Origin: a candidate division CSSED10-310 bacterium
Lineage (GTDB): Bacteria; CSSED10-310
Assembly (NCBI GenBank): GCA_016927515.1
Contig: JAFGMN010000256.1
Location: forward strand, 1-56,120
DNA length: 56,120 nt
Reading direction: 5' to 3'
Positions 20,696-29,795 of this stretch are shown in pieces (the stretch's first letter is position 1; every line of letters starts with the position of its first letter). The notes below the pieces were generated by a model that had not been told where the DNA came from, made no database searches, and saw nothing but the letters and a program-made list of their open reading frames with translations. Made by a program: the position numbers and the translations under genes.

Positions 20696-21178
20696 TCAGA
20701 CCTGGAGGGATTCCGTTCGGGACCATAGCCAGCCGATGATGCCTCCGGTTAGCGTGAACAACACGAAGAAAACGGCGGGATACTCAGTAAAAAACACTGG
20801 TACCCATGTCGGCATGTATTTTTGGTAGAGAACGGCGGCGACGAGGAAGCCGGAAAACAGGCCAGTGAAGACCCGATTCCACGAAAATGAGCGGCGGCGA
20901 CCGGTGGTATCGGGTGTTTCCGGTTCCGGATCCGGTGTAATGCCCCAGATGTAACCGAGCGTGGTGCATATCAGGATCAACAAACCAAAAAACAACCGAG
21001 GGCTCCGTGCAAGGCATGACGGGACCCACGGAGGAAGATACCGTGAATAGAGAACAGCTGCTGCCAAAAAGCCGATGATTCCGCCTTTACCCGCATCGAG
21101 AAACGCTCCGACATCCATCATCAACACCCCGTTTTTCCGGTGGTTTTTTCCCTTCCGGTCCGGTTCCCGCCCACTCAT
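20696..21178 (-). CDS. Small 4-TM membrane protein built from an internal duplication
   Basis: Two similar two-helix halves; ATGA overlap with the upstream gene. Confidence 0.65.
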   Translation of the reverse strand: MSGREPDRKGKNHRKNGVLMMDVGAFLDAGKGGIIGFLAAAVLYSRYLPPWVPSCLARSPRLFFGLLILICTTLGYIWGITPDPEPETPDTTGRRRSFSWNRVFTGLFSGFLVAAVLYQKYMPTWVPVFFTEYPAVFFVLFTLTGGIIGWLWSRTESLQV

Positions 21179-21963
21179 TCTGATTCTCCCTTCCATAACG
21201 ATCGCAGAATTTCACGACTGCTGAGTAAATGTTCCCGATTATTGGAAAACACTTCCAGGGTCATTGTTCCGTCATATCCCGCCTGTTTCAGTAAGGTCAG
21301 AACATGTCCCCACGGAATCCCTCCGGCGCCGATCGGCAAGTGGAGATCGTCCGTACGGCCGAAGTTATCAGAAAGGTGCACGTGTGCCAACCGCGATTTG
21401 AAGCGTTTCAGGTAGTTGTATGTCACATTGGCCGGTACGTTGAGATTGGCGTGGGCGATATCCAGGTGAAAACGCACATCGGGAAACTGGTGAAATAAAT
21501 CCCGCAGTAATCGGAATTGATCTTTATTTTCCGGGACATTTTCAAGCATGAGGGTCAGGTTTCTGTCCCGGGCTGCGGGAACAATCCGGGTCAGGGAATC
21601 GACCCACAGAGCGAGTTTAGCGCTGTAGGTGAAGAATCGATGGGGGTATGAGAATCCGGAATGAATCGTTACGAGTGGAACGGATAATTCAGCGAAGATG
21701 TCAAGGTGGTGGATGATCACCTCGGTTGCAGCGATTCGAACGGGGTCGAAGGGAGAATCGAGTGGCAGGTAGTAGGCTGTATGTCCGATGCACCCCAATC
21801 CGAGGGATGACAGGAGATTTCGGAGGGGGGTTCGTGCGTTCGAGTCGGGAATTCCCGCGGGGGGTTCCAGGGTCAGATCCAGGAAATCGAAGCCATGCCG
21901 GGCTGCAAACTGAATCTCTTTTGTGATGTCCAACTGAGGATTATTCATCATTCCGATCTGCAC
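21175..21963 (-). CDS. Sugar phosphate isomerase/epimerase family (AP endonuclease 2 TIM barrel)
   Basis: LMLEN, LDIAH, HVHLSDN, DLHLPIG.G, TLEVF; GTG start with AAGGAG RBS. Confidence 0.85.
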   Translation of the reverse strand: MQIGMMNNPQLDITKEIQFAARHGFDFLDLTLEPPAGIPDSNARTPLRNLLSSLGLGCIGHTAYYLPLDSPFDPVRIAATEVIIHHLDIFAELSVPLVTIHSGFSYPHRFFTYSAKLALWVDSLTRIVPAARDRNLTLMLENVPENKDQFRLLRDLFHQFPDVRFHLDIAHANLNVPANVTYNYLKRFKSRLAHVHLSDNFGRTDDLHLPIGAGGIPWGHVLTLLKQAGYDGTMTLEVFSNNREHLLSSREILRSLWKGESE

Positions 21964-22065
21964 GTTTTCTATCTCCTTTAGTGTTTTCCAGGATCGACCC
22001 GGTGAGGTCGAACAGGATTTTTCGGCTCTCAACGTGAAATTACGCTTACTCCAGCTCTTTCCTCA

Positions 22066-22074
22066 TGTTATACT
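22066..22074 (+). promoter_or_regulatory. Extended -10 promoter element
   Basis: TGtTATACT about 55 nt upstream of ATG 22130. Confidence 0.45.
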
Positions 22075-22129
22075 AAAGGCGTTTTAAACTGAAAGACCTC
22101 ACACCGTTTCGACAAGAGGAGGCTTTTCC

Positions 22130-23050
22130 ATGAATCGATTAGCGGTGATCGTGATGACAAGTATTATTCTAATAACCGGTTGCGGGCGGGACACAGAGCC
22201 TATCGAGCCAACGCCCGATCTGCAACTCAAGATGCAATCGAAGGTCGACATGGGACGGTGGCTTCTGTCTCTGCGTTACGTCAACGCTATGTGCGACAAG
22301 GTGGCGCAGAGCATTGAGGAACGATTTGACGAGCAGAACATTGAGAGAAGCCAGCGCGAGATTGCGGCGATAATCGAGTATTTCAAGCAACCCGATGGTT
22401 TGCTTCCACGCCTGGGCACACGGTTCAATCAAGCGGAAGGGGAGCAGGTTCGTTTGATGGGGATCGCTGAGAAGGACCTCCAGGTGTTCAACAGTCTGAA
22501 CAAGGCCAATGGATTGACGGGGGAGTATCTCTCGTTGATTTCGACTGTTCCTGACTCCATGGAAGCCTTTACCGAGAACCGATCGCGAGTCCGGACTCAA
22601 TTCGAGTCCATCGTCAAGGTGCTGTCCGGTGATTATCCCGAATCTGCCGATGATCTTTCGGCTGCCATGTCTGAAGACAACCTTGAATACCGTGCGGACA
22701 TCAAGCACATTCAGGATGTTCCGACACCCATGCCGGCAGAAACACCTACGCCTGAAATCCCCCTTCCGACGGCAACACCGACGATACCGCCGGCTCGGAC
22801 ATGGATTGATGATAAAGGTGTCATGCACATGGGCCATCATCCGCCTGAAGGAGCCAGCCTTCATGAAGTGAAAAACCGTCTGTCCGGATCAGTGGATACA
22901 ACCACCGTGGAGCCGACACCATCCGATCAGCCGTCAGCATCGGACTCTCGAATCTGGGTCGATGAAAATGGCATCACCCATATGGGACAAAATGTCCCGG
23001 AAGGATCTGAAAGCCGGTCGGTCAAAGAGATTCCACTGATGATTGAGTGA
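22130..23050 (+). CDS. Lipoprotein with a helical domain, PT linker and two DUF4124-like repeats
   Basis: Lipobox ITGC, GAGGAGG RBS, repeats WIDDKGVMHMG and WVDENGITHMG. Confidence 0.7.
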   Translation: MNRLAVIVMTSIILITGCGRDTEPIEPTPDLQLKMQSKVDMGRWLLSLRYVNAMCDKVAQSIEERFDEQNIERSQREIAAIIEYFKQPDGLLPRLGTRFNQAEGEQVRLMGIAEKDLQVFNSLNKANGLTGEYLSLISTVPDSMEAFTENRSRVRTQFESIVKVLSGDYPESADDLSAAMSEDNLEYRADIKHIQDVPTPMPAETPTPEIPLPTATPTIPPARTWIDDKGVMHMGHHPPEGASLHEVKNRLSGSVDTTTVEPTPSDQPSASDSRIWVDENGITHMGQNVPEGSESRSVKEIPLMIE

Positions 23051-23091
23051 TTTCGTGGCGGGATTCCACAGCCTGTTCCCGTGACTGGCAT

Positions 23092-23192
23092 AAAACAAGA
23101 CGGGAACCAGCAGGAAATGGGTGGTGAAGGAGGGGCAACCCTGCCGGTTCCCGTCGGAGGAACGCCATTGTCGTAGAGACTGACCCTTCGAC
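23092..23192 (-). ncRNA. Candidate ~100-nt intergenic small RNA
   Basis: TATACT -10 at 23199-23204 (minus strand), 5' hairpin, 16-bp 3' stem that pairs fully only on the minus strand (one G-U), CU-rich 25-nt loop, U-rich tail. Both flanking genes are on +. Confidence 0.5.
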
Positions 23193-23374
23193 TGGTTCAG
23201 TATAGTCGTTTTTGCATTTTTTTGAAACTTTTTTTTGCTATTTCCACGCGCTCATCAAAAAAACCGCATCATGTGTGGACAACCAGCTAACTTCTTTGAA
23301 GCGTTACCGTTGATCGATTCACCTTCCCAATTGATCGGTCTCCTGTTATCCTGTCTCCGTAAAGGAGGTTAGCC

Positions 23375-24493
23375 ATGCGGTTGACATGGGCGGAAATCGA
23401 TATCGAGGCAATTGAACACAATCTTCGAACTCTCCGGCATACGGTACATCCCGCTAAAATCATCGCGATCGTAAAAGCGAATGCGTATGGTCACGGTATT
23501 GTCCGTGTCGCTCGCGCAGCAGTTGACGCCGGAGCTGATTACCTGGGTGTCGGCTTCCTCGAAGAAGGTATGCTGCTGCGGCGACGAGGTTTTTCTACAC
23601 CAATTCTCGTTCTCGGCGGGGTTCTCTTTCACCAAGTACATGAGTTTATTATTAATCATCTCGACCTGACCGTCTCCTCCCTCGGCCTCGCATATGCCGT
23701 CAATCGCGAAGCGGAAATATTGGGAAAAATCGCTCGCATTCACTTGAAGTTTGACACGGGTTTTAACCGGATCGGTATGCATTACGCGAAAGCAAGTGAT
23801 ATTTTCGAGCGGTTAAAACCCCTTAAAAACATAGATATCGTAGGTATTTATTCTCATTTCGCCACAGCCGACGATCCGGCTACCGACTACACCGGGATTC
23901 AATTCGACCGGTTTCAAGCAGTTCTTGAAGCTGCTACCCGGTGGGAAATCGCTCCCACATATCGCCATATCGCCTGTTCCGGCGCTATCCTATACCATTC
24001 GCAGACGTTCTGTAACATGGTCCGCGTGGGCTTGGCCATGTATGGACTATATCCGACCCTGGCAAGCCCGCGCGTTCTGGATCTAAAACCGGTTTTGAGT
24101 TTCAAATCGCGGGTCGTATTTCTAAAAACCCTTCCACCGGGTGAACCTGTCAGCTATGGCGGTACATTTGTCACTTCCGGCATCACCCGTGTAGCGACGA
24201 TTCCGGTTGGATATGGTGACGGTTATACACGCCGCCTGTCGAACAACGCCGACGTCTTGATCCGCGGCAAACGGTTTCCGGTGATTGGGAACATCTGTAT
24301 GGATCAGATTATGGTCAACCTGGGTGACGACGCGACGGTCGAAGTGGGCGATGAAGTCGTCCTGTATGGCCGTCAGGGCAACGAGTGCATTCCAGTGGAA
24401 GAAATTGCCCGTCGAGCGGATACGATTCCATATGAGATCACAACCTGGCTGGCCCGTCGTGTCCCTCGTGTCTGCATCAACACCAAGGACTGA
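23375..24493 (+). CDS. alr: Alanine racemase
   Basis: VKANAYGHG, DTGFNRIG, YSHFATAD, VGYGDG, ICMDQ; AAGGAGGT RBS. Confidence 0.96.
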   Translation: MRLTWAEIDIEAIEHNLRTLRHTVHPAKIIAIVKANAYGHGIVRVARAAVDAGADYLGVGFLEEGMLLRRRGFSTPILVLGGVLFHQVHEFIINHLDLTVSSLGLAYAVNREAEILGKIARIHLKFDTGFNRIGMHYAKASDIFERLKPLKNIDIVGIYSHFATADDPATDYTGIQFDRFQAVLEAATRWEIAPTYRHIACSGAILYHSQTFCNMVRVGLAMYGLYPTLASPRVLDLKPVLSFKSRVVFLKTLPPGEPVSYGGTFVTSGITRVATIPVGYGDGYTRRLSNNADVLIRGKRFPVIGNICMDQIMVNLGDDATVEVGDEVVLYGRQGNECIPVEEIARRADTIPYEITTWLARRVPRVCINTKD

Positions 24494-24497
24494 GAAT

Positions 24498-26297
24498 GTG
24501 GATAGTTGGCGCGTTCTTCTCCTTCTGATTTTTTTGCTTCCGGCCATCATAATTCTATCGGAGCATCCCGAAACCCGGGTTCCCGGGTTTTTTGCGGATG
24601 AAGCGGTCTATTACGGGATGACTCAAAGTCTTGCCGATTCGGGTGACCTTCGATGGACACGGCACGATCTTGAATCGATCTGTACCCGTTTTCCCGCCGG
24701 ACCGATCGGGATCATCCTGAAGCAAGGAGATGACGGTCAAATTGTGTATGCAAAACCTGTCATCTATCCTCTTGTCGCCGCTCCGTTTTTCCTTCTCTTC
24801 GGTCCATCAGGCATTCTTCTGCTGAATATGCTGGCCATGGCCGGCATGATTCGATGGATCGCGATTGTCTGGGGCAGAACACCTTTTACGTTGATTATTG
24901 CCGCCGCCGCCATCGTCTTCTCAGCCTTCTTTCCCTATACACTCTGGTATCATCCCGAAGTCTTTACGGCTTTTCTGCTGACAGGCTTCGCCTATTACTG
25001 GATACGATCCGTCCGGGAATCAAACCAGCGGCTCCATATACCCATGGCTCTGACCCTCGCCCTGGCAACGGCCATCAAGCCTCCTCTGATCATCATCGGC
25101 ATTCCCGCAGCAATCAGCTTGATCACACGAAAACGGATGCGTCCGATCCTGGTTTGCCTGCTCGTCATCGCCGCTGCCGGCCTCCTGACGATGCTACTGA
25201 CCGGCGATATCAACCCCTATAGCGGAAATCGAAAAATATTCACCCATTCGTTTCCTCTCGACTCCCCCACCGCCGCCTTCGCATCCGGCGATTCCTGGTC
25301 CACCCGGGACGCCGGTTTTCATTTCGCATGGAACGTTTTCGGGTATAATTTGATGTATTTCTTTATCGGTCGATTCACCGGTCTGGTCTGGTATTTTCTG
25401 CCCGGCTTGCTCGCCGCCGCCCTTGCCCTTGCACATACCGGCAACCCGACTGGACGGCGCATTCTGACCTGTACGGGTATCCTCGCCCTGCTCCAGATCA
25501 TCCTGATTCCATCCAACTATCACGGCGGCGGCGGCGCGTTGGGTAACCGCTATTTCATCAACCTTTATCCGCTGCTGCTGATCAGCCTGCCCCGTCTCCC
25601 CAGCCGCCGGGTCATTTTCCCCGTTCTCATCACCGCAGCCGTTTTCTCCGGTTCCTTCCTCATCACCCCCTGGCTCAGCTCCTATCAACCCGGTCACTTC
25701 GCAAAAACCGGCATCTACCGGTTCCTTCCGGTGGAATGGACACTGACCGGCGCTTTTCCCCTCTTCGAGCCGACGCATGTGCGGGTCCACCTGCCAGGTA
25801 TCCCCGGTACCATCACCTTTTTGGATCGGCAAACCCGTGGCAAAGAAAATGACGGCTTCAGCATTCTGGCGGGCCCGCCTGCCCAAAGCATCATCGAACT
25901 CGACGAGCCGGTCGATACCCTCACACTTCACGCCATCACACAGGGTGTACCCATTTACGGCCGCATTCGCTCCTCAGCCGGGGTCATCCCCATCGATCTG
26001 CCGGCTCATTCCCAGCGCTCCGTGACGGTTCCCCTGGGTACAGGACATCATCGCATTGACATCTACGGTATCGACCGGTGGATCCATTCCCTCGATTTCT
26101 CATTCACAGCAGGCGATCCCTCCTGGGTATGCGGTCAGCCCATGTATCAACCGGAAATCCGGTTCATCTCCACCCCCGCAACCACGATCCCAGACGACTC
26201 ACCGGATTCCCAGCGGCCACCCGAACGAAAACCACAGCGGAAAATACCGCTTCAAGTGTATAATAAGTCAGACCGTTTATCCGGGGAGGAACCATGA
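24498..26297 (+). CDS. Polytopic membrane protein, probable GT-C glycosyltransferase
   Basis: FFADEAVYY (DE motif in first loop), multiple TM helices, KP motif, GGGALGNRYF, extracytoplasmic C-domain; GTG start just after alr. Confidence 0.6.
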   Translation: MDSWRVLLLLIFLLPAIIILSEHPETRVPGFFADEAVYYGMTQSLADSGDLRWTRHDLESICTRFPAGPIGIILKQGDDGQIVYAKPVIYPLVAAPFFLLFGPSGILLLNMLAMAGMIRWIAIVWGRTPFTLIIAAAAIVFSAFFPYTLWYHPEVFTAFLLTGFAYYWIRSVRESNQRLHIPMALTLALATAIKPPLIIIGIPAAISLITRKRMRPILVCLLVIAAAGLLTMLLTGDINPYSGNRKIFTHSFPLDSPTAAFASGDSWSTRDAGFHFAWNVFGYNLMYFFIGRFTGLVWYFLPGLLAAALALAHTGNPTGRRILTCTGILALLQIILIPSNYHGGGGALGNRYFINLYPLLLISLPRLPSRRVIFPVLITAAVFSGSFLITPWLSSYQPGHFAKTGIYRFLPVEWTLTGAFPLFEPTHVRVHLPGIPGTITFLDRQTRGKENDGFSILAGPPAQSIIELDEPVDTLTLHAITQGVPIYGRIRSSAGVIPIDLPAHSQRSVTVPLGTGHHRIDIYGIDRWIHSLDFSFTAGDPSWVCGQPMYQPEIRFISTPATTIPDDSPDSQRPPERKPQRKIPLQVYNKSDRLSGEEP

Positions 26298-26620
26298 CGC
26301 AATCACCTTTCCGCCCAGACGCTGTTCATTATAAGGTCGTGGAGCTATCCATGGTAACCGACGAAACCATTGAACATGCCGTGAACATGTGGACCGGCAG
26401 CGGATGGATCTTTGACCAGATTCAATTCGTCGTTCGGGATGCATCCCGGAGACCATCGATGGCATTCCTGTTTTTTTTGAGACCGGTCCAGCAGGGAGAC
26501 GAGCCGACATTCGAACAGCTTCGGTCGCAGAAAGAGGATGATGCTATTGATGATGATGATGATGATGACGACAACGGGCTGATCATGAGCCCGGATGAAG
26601 GAGATATTGTATGGAACTGA
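26294..26620 (+). CDS. DUF4177-like small protein with acidic tail
   Basis: YKVVEL...IE..VN.W...GW....Q...RRPSMAFLFF; GGGGAGGA RBS; ATGA overlap. Confidence 0.65.
   Translation: MTQSPFRPDAVHYKVVELSMVTDETIEHAVNMWTGSGWIFDQIQFVVRDASRRPSMAFLFFLRPVQQGDEPTFEQLRSQKEDDAIDDDDDDDDNGLIMSPDEGDIVWN
26549..26572 (+). repeat. (GAT)6(GAC)2 trinucleotide run encoding poly-Asp
   Basis: Directly visible and in frame. Confidence 0.9.
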
Positions 26621-27783
26621 TTTATCTCGATCACAATGCGACGACACCATTGCATCCGGAGGTTAAGCGAACGATTGTCGACAGCCTGGACATTTTCGGA
26701 AATGCCTCAAGTCTGCATCCGTTCGGGATCGACGCGCGGAGACGCGTAGAACAGGCTCGGAAACGGGTGTTGTCAATATTGAATGCCACAGAGGGTCAGG
26801 TTATTTTCACGAGCAGCGGGTCGGAAGCGAATAATCTCGCGTTAAAAGGGCTCATTTGTCGTGGAGAAAAATGCAGACATACAGTCTGTAATGTTCAGCA
26901 GTTTCATTACATCACGTCGCAAATCGAGCATCCCAGTGTGCATCAGACCTTTTATTGTTTGAGCCACATGGGGGCCGATGTCACGTACCTGCCCGTGGAT
27001 GGATTCGGTCGGGTAAATCCCGACGATGTCCGCCGAGCACTGAAACCCAATACCGTTCTGATCTCGATTATGATGGGTAACAATGAAGTGGGTACACTGC
27101 AACCTATCCGTGAAATCGGCACGATTGCCCGGGAATCCGATGTCGCTTTTCATGTCGATGCCGTGCAGGCCGTAGGGAAACTTCCCATCGATGTCGATGC
27201 AATGCATATCGATCTGCTATCTCTCAGCGGGCATAAACTCAATGCTCCAAAAGGTATCGGAGCACTGTACGCACGGAATTCGATGGCCCTCTGCCCGTTA
27301 ATCCACGGCGGGCATCAGGAATTGAACCTGCGGGCCGGCACGGAAAACACACTGGGTATTTTCGCCCTCGATAAAGCACTCGCTATCGCTCTGATCGATG
27401 GCGAAACCGAAGCCGCCGAATCGAGAAAACTGCGCGATCTAATGCATAATAAACTGACGGAATCATTGACCGGTGTCCATCTGAACGGTCACCCCACACA
27501 ACGGCTTCCCGGTACCCTGAACCTGAGCTTCGACCGGATCGATGGCGCCGCCATTCTGGAAATGCTGGCCATGCAGGGCATCGCCGTCTCATCCGGATCC
27601 GCCTGCTCCAGCGGCGAAGAATCACCCTCGCATGTGCTCATGGCAATGGGTCTCCCACCGGAAAAAGCCCGATCCGCCATCCGCATCTCATTCGGTCTGG
27701 GCAACACGGAAGACCAGGTTCAAGCCGCCGCCGCCATTTTGATCCGGACCGTGGAAAAACTCCGCACCCTCTCACCCTTGTAA
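26611..27783 (+). CDS. nifS: Cysteine desulfurase (NifS/IscS type)
   Basis: IYLDHNATTP, FTSSGSEANN, DAVQ, SGHK (PLP Lys), RAGTEN, SSGSACSS. Confidence 0.9.
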   Translation: MELIYLDHNATTPLHPEVKRTIVDSLDIFGNASSLHPFGIDARRRVEQARKRVLSILNATEGQVIFTSSGSEANNLALKGLICRGEKCRHTVCNVQQFHYITSQIEHPSVHQTFYCLSHMGADVTYLPVDGFGRVNPDDVRRALKPNTVLISIMMGNNEVGTLQPIREIGTIARESDVAFHVDAVQAVGKLPIDVDAMHIDLLSLSGHKLNAPKGIGALYARNSMALCPLIHGGHQELNLRAGTENTLGIFALDKALAIALIDGETEAAESRKLRDLMHNKLTESLTGVHLNGHPTQRLPGTLNLSFDRIDGAAILEMLAMQGIAVSSGSACSSGEESPSHVLMAMGLPPEKARSAIRISFGLGNTEDQVQAAAAILIRTVEKLRTLSPL

Positions 27784-27786
27784 CCG

Positions 27787-28869
27787 ATGATGATGAAAAA
27801 GTGGCGCTTACTCAACACTGGATATCGAACTGGAGCCGACAACATGGCTCTAGACCATGCCATCCTGACCGCCCGGGATCGGGATGAATGCCCCGACACC
27901 CTGCGGTTCATGTTCTTCGAGGCAGATACCGTGCTCGTTGGATTCCATCAATGCGTCGAACTCGAAGTCGATATTGACTACTGTCGGCAGCATCGGATCG
28001 AAATCGGTCGGCGATTAACCGGTGGCGGCGCAATTTTGATGCAGCCAAGCCACATTGGATTCGAGATCGTATGCGATGCCGGGTGGTTCGATACAGGGCT
28101 CAATCGAAAAAACCGCTATCGCCTCATCTCAGACCCTATCGTCAACGCTCTGCGTCACGTGGGATTCAACGCCGCCTATCGCCCATTAAACGATATCGAA
28201 ATCAACGGAAAGAAAGTATCGGGGACCGGTGGCGTCGATGGGAAACGATCCCTTCTGTTTCATGGTTCGATTCTCGTCGATATGGATATCGAAACCATGC
28301 TCGGGTGCTTGAAGATACCAATCCAGAAAATTAGTGATAAAGCGCTGGCTTCGATTATGGACCGTATCACGACACTCCGCCGCGAGCGCCAAGGCGCCGT
28401 CGACACGGAGTTATTGATCGAGAGGATCATCCGGGAATTCGAGTGCCGTTTGGGTGTAGAAATTCGGGAGAACGCCTTGACGGAGTGGGAATATCAGCTT
28501 TTTTCACAGCGTCGGGCGTATTATGCATCTTCAGAATGGATTGACACCGTGCAGATGCCGCCCGGAACACGTCCGGTTCTCCACGGGATTCATAAAGCAC
28601 CCGGCGGCATGGTACGAAGCGTTTTGGTGGTAGATCAGCGAAGTCGGCACATTCAGAGTGCATTGATCACCGGAGATTTTTTTGCCGCTGATCCCCGTGT
28701 GCTACTGGACATGGAGGCCCGCCTGAAAGGCGTCTCCATCGATCCCGGAAAAATACGCTGGTTAATCCACCAGGCTTTTACCGGCTACGAACAAACGATT
28801 CCCGAGGTGACAGCCGATGACTTCGTCCAGTCGGTTTTAAATGCTCTGCAGGACCAGGGTACCGGATGA
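27787..28869 (+). CDS. Lipoate/octanoate-protein ligase with fused C-terminal LplB-like domain (Lpl(AB))
   Basis: NMALD, RRLTGGGA, NDIEINGKKVSG, HGSIL, C-terminal KAPGG...ITGDFF. Confidence 0.88.
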   Translation: MMMKKWRLLNTGYRTGADNMALDHAILTARDRDECPDTLRFMFFEADTVLVGFHQCVELEVDIDYCRQHRIEIGRRLTGGGAILMQPSHIGFEIVCDAGWFDTGLNRKNRYRLISDPIVNALRHVGFNAAYRPLNDIEINGKKVSGTGGVDGKRSLLFHGSILVDMDIETMLGCLKIPIQKISDKALASIMDRITTLRRERQGAVDTELLIERIIREFECRLGVEIRENALTEWEYQLFSQRRAYYASSEWIDTVQMPPGTRPVLHGIHKAPGGMVRSVLVVDQRSRHIQSALITGDFFAADPRVLLDMEARLKGVSIDPGKIRWLIHQAFTGYEQTIPEVTADDFVQSVLNALQDQGTG

Positions 28870-29795
28870 TTGAATCCCGAACCGTTCATACGTATCACCC
28901 GGGAATGTTTCGAATCGATGGTATTCGTGGAAAATATCCAGCGCTTTCTCTGACGGGTACAGTGTGCGAACTCAACTGCCGGCATTGCCGGGGTCGACTT
29001 CTTAAGGGTATGATGATGGCCGATACACCGGACCTGCTGCGGGAAAGACTGATACGCGCTCATCTCGCCGGTTTTCCGGGGGCATTGATATCCGGCGGCG
29101 CGGATATCCGGGGTTCTCTGCCTTGGACTCGATTCCTCCCCGTCATCGAGTCCATTGCTAATACCACCAACCTGATGCTCAGTGTGCATCTCGGCCTGGC
29201 TGATCGGAACACTGTCGAAGCACTGGCTCGGAGTGGTGTGCGGTTATTTCTGTTCGATTTCGTCACTCGGCCCGATACGTTCCGCACCGTTTTCGGTCTT
29301 TCCGACGGGTATACCCGAATGCAGTCCATGATTGATGCGCTCATTGATTTGCATGTCTGGACCGCGCCCCATATCATTCTCGGGTTCACAGGGGATGATA
29401 TTTCCACAGAAATCGAAAATATGGACCGATTAGTGCCTCTTTTAAAAACGAGCATTGTCGTCATTCAGTTCATGCCACTGAGGAACACACCCATGGCCGG
29501 AGATCCGACAGCATCCCGTGATACTGTTATCCGATACATTACGGATCTTCGAAAACGATTTCCGCAGACCGAAATCGCCCTGGGTTGTGCTCGCCGACGA
29601 CCCGATGCCACACTGGAAATTCAGGCGATTCGCGCAGGCATTGACCGATTAGCGCTCCCCGATCCCATCACACGCGCATTTTTGGATACGGAAGCGATAC
29701 CGACGATCCATCATCCGGTTTGCTGCGCCATACATCATGCCGATCCGATGATGCAGAAAGGACCGACCGATGGCCACCATGCCATACTACCCTGA
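28866..29795 (+). CDS. lipS1: Radical SAM lipoyl synthase component LipS1-like
   Basis: CELNCRHC, LISGG, PHI, plus GCAR and C-terminal CC, the motifs described for Thermococcus LipS1; adjacent to the ligase. Confidence 0.75.
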   Translation: MIESRTVHTYHPGMFRIDGIRGKYPALSLTGTVCELNCRHCRGRLLKGMMMADTPDLLRERLIRAHLAGFPGALISGGADIRGSLPWTRFLPVIESIANTTNLMLSVHLGLADRNTVEALARSGVRLFLFDFVTRPDTFRTVFGLSDGYTRMQSMIDALIDLHVWTAPHIILGFTGDDISTEIENMDRLVPLLKTSIVVIQFMPLRNTPMAGDPTASRDTVIRYITDLRKRFPQTEIALGCARRRPDATLEIQAIRAGIDRLALPDPITRAFLDTEAIPTIHHPVCCAIHHADPMMQKGPTDGHHAILP

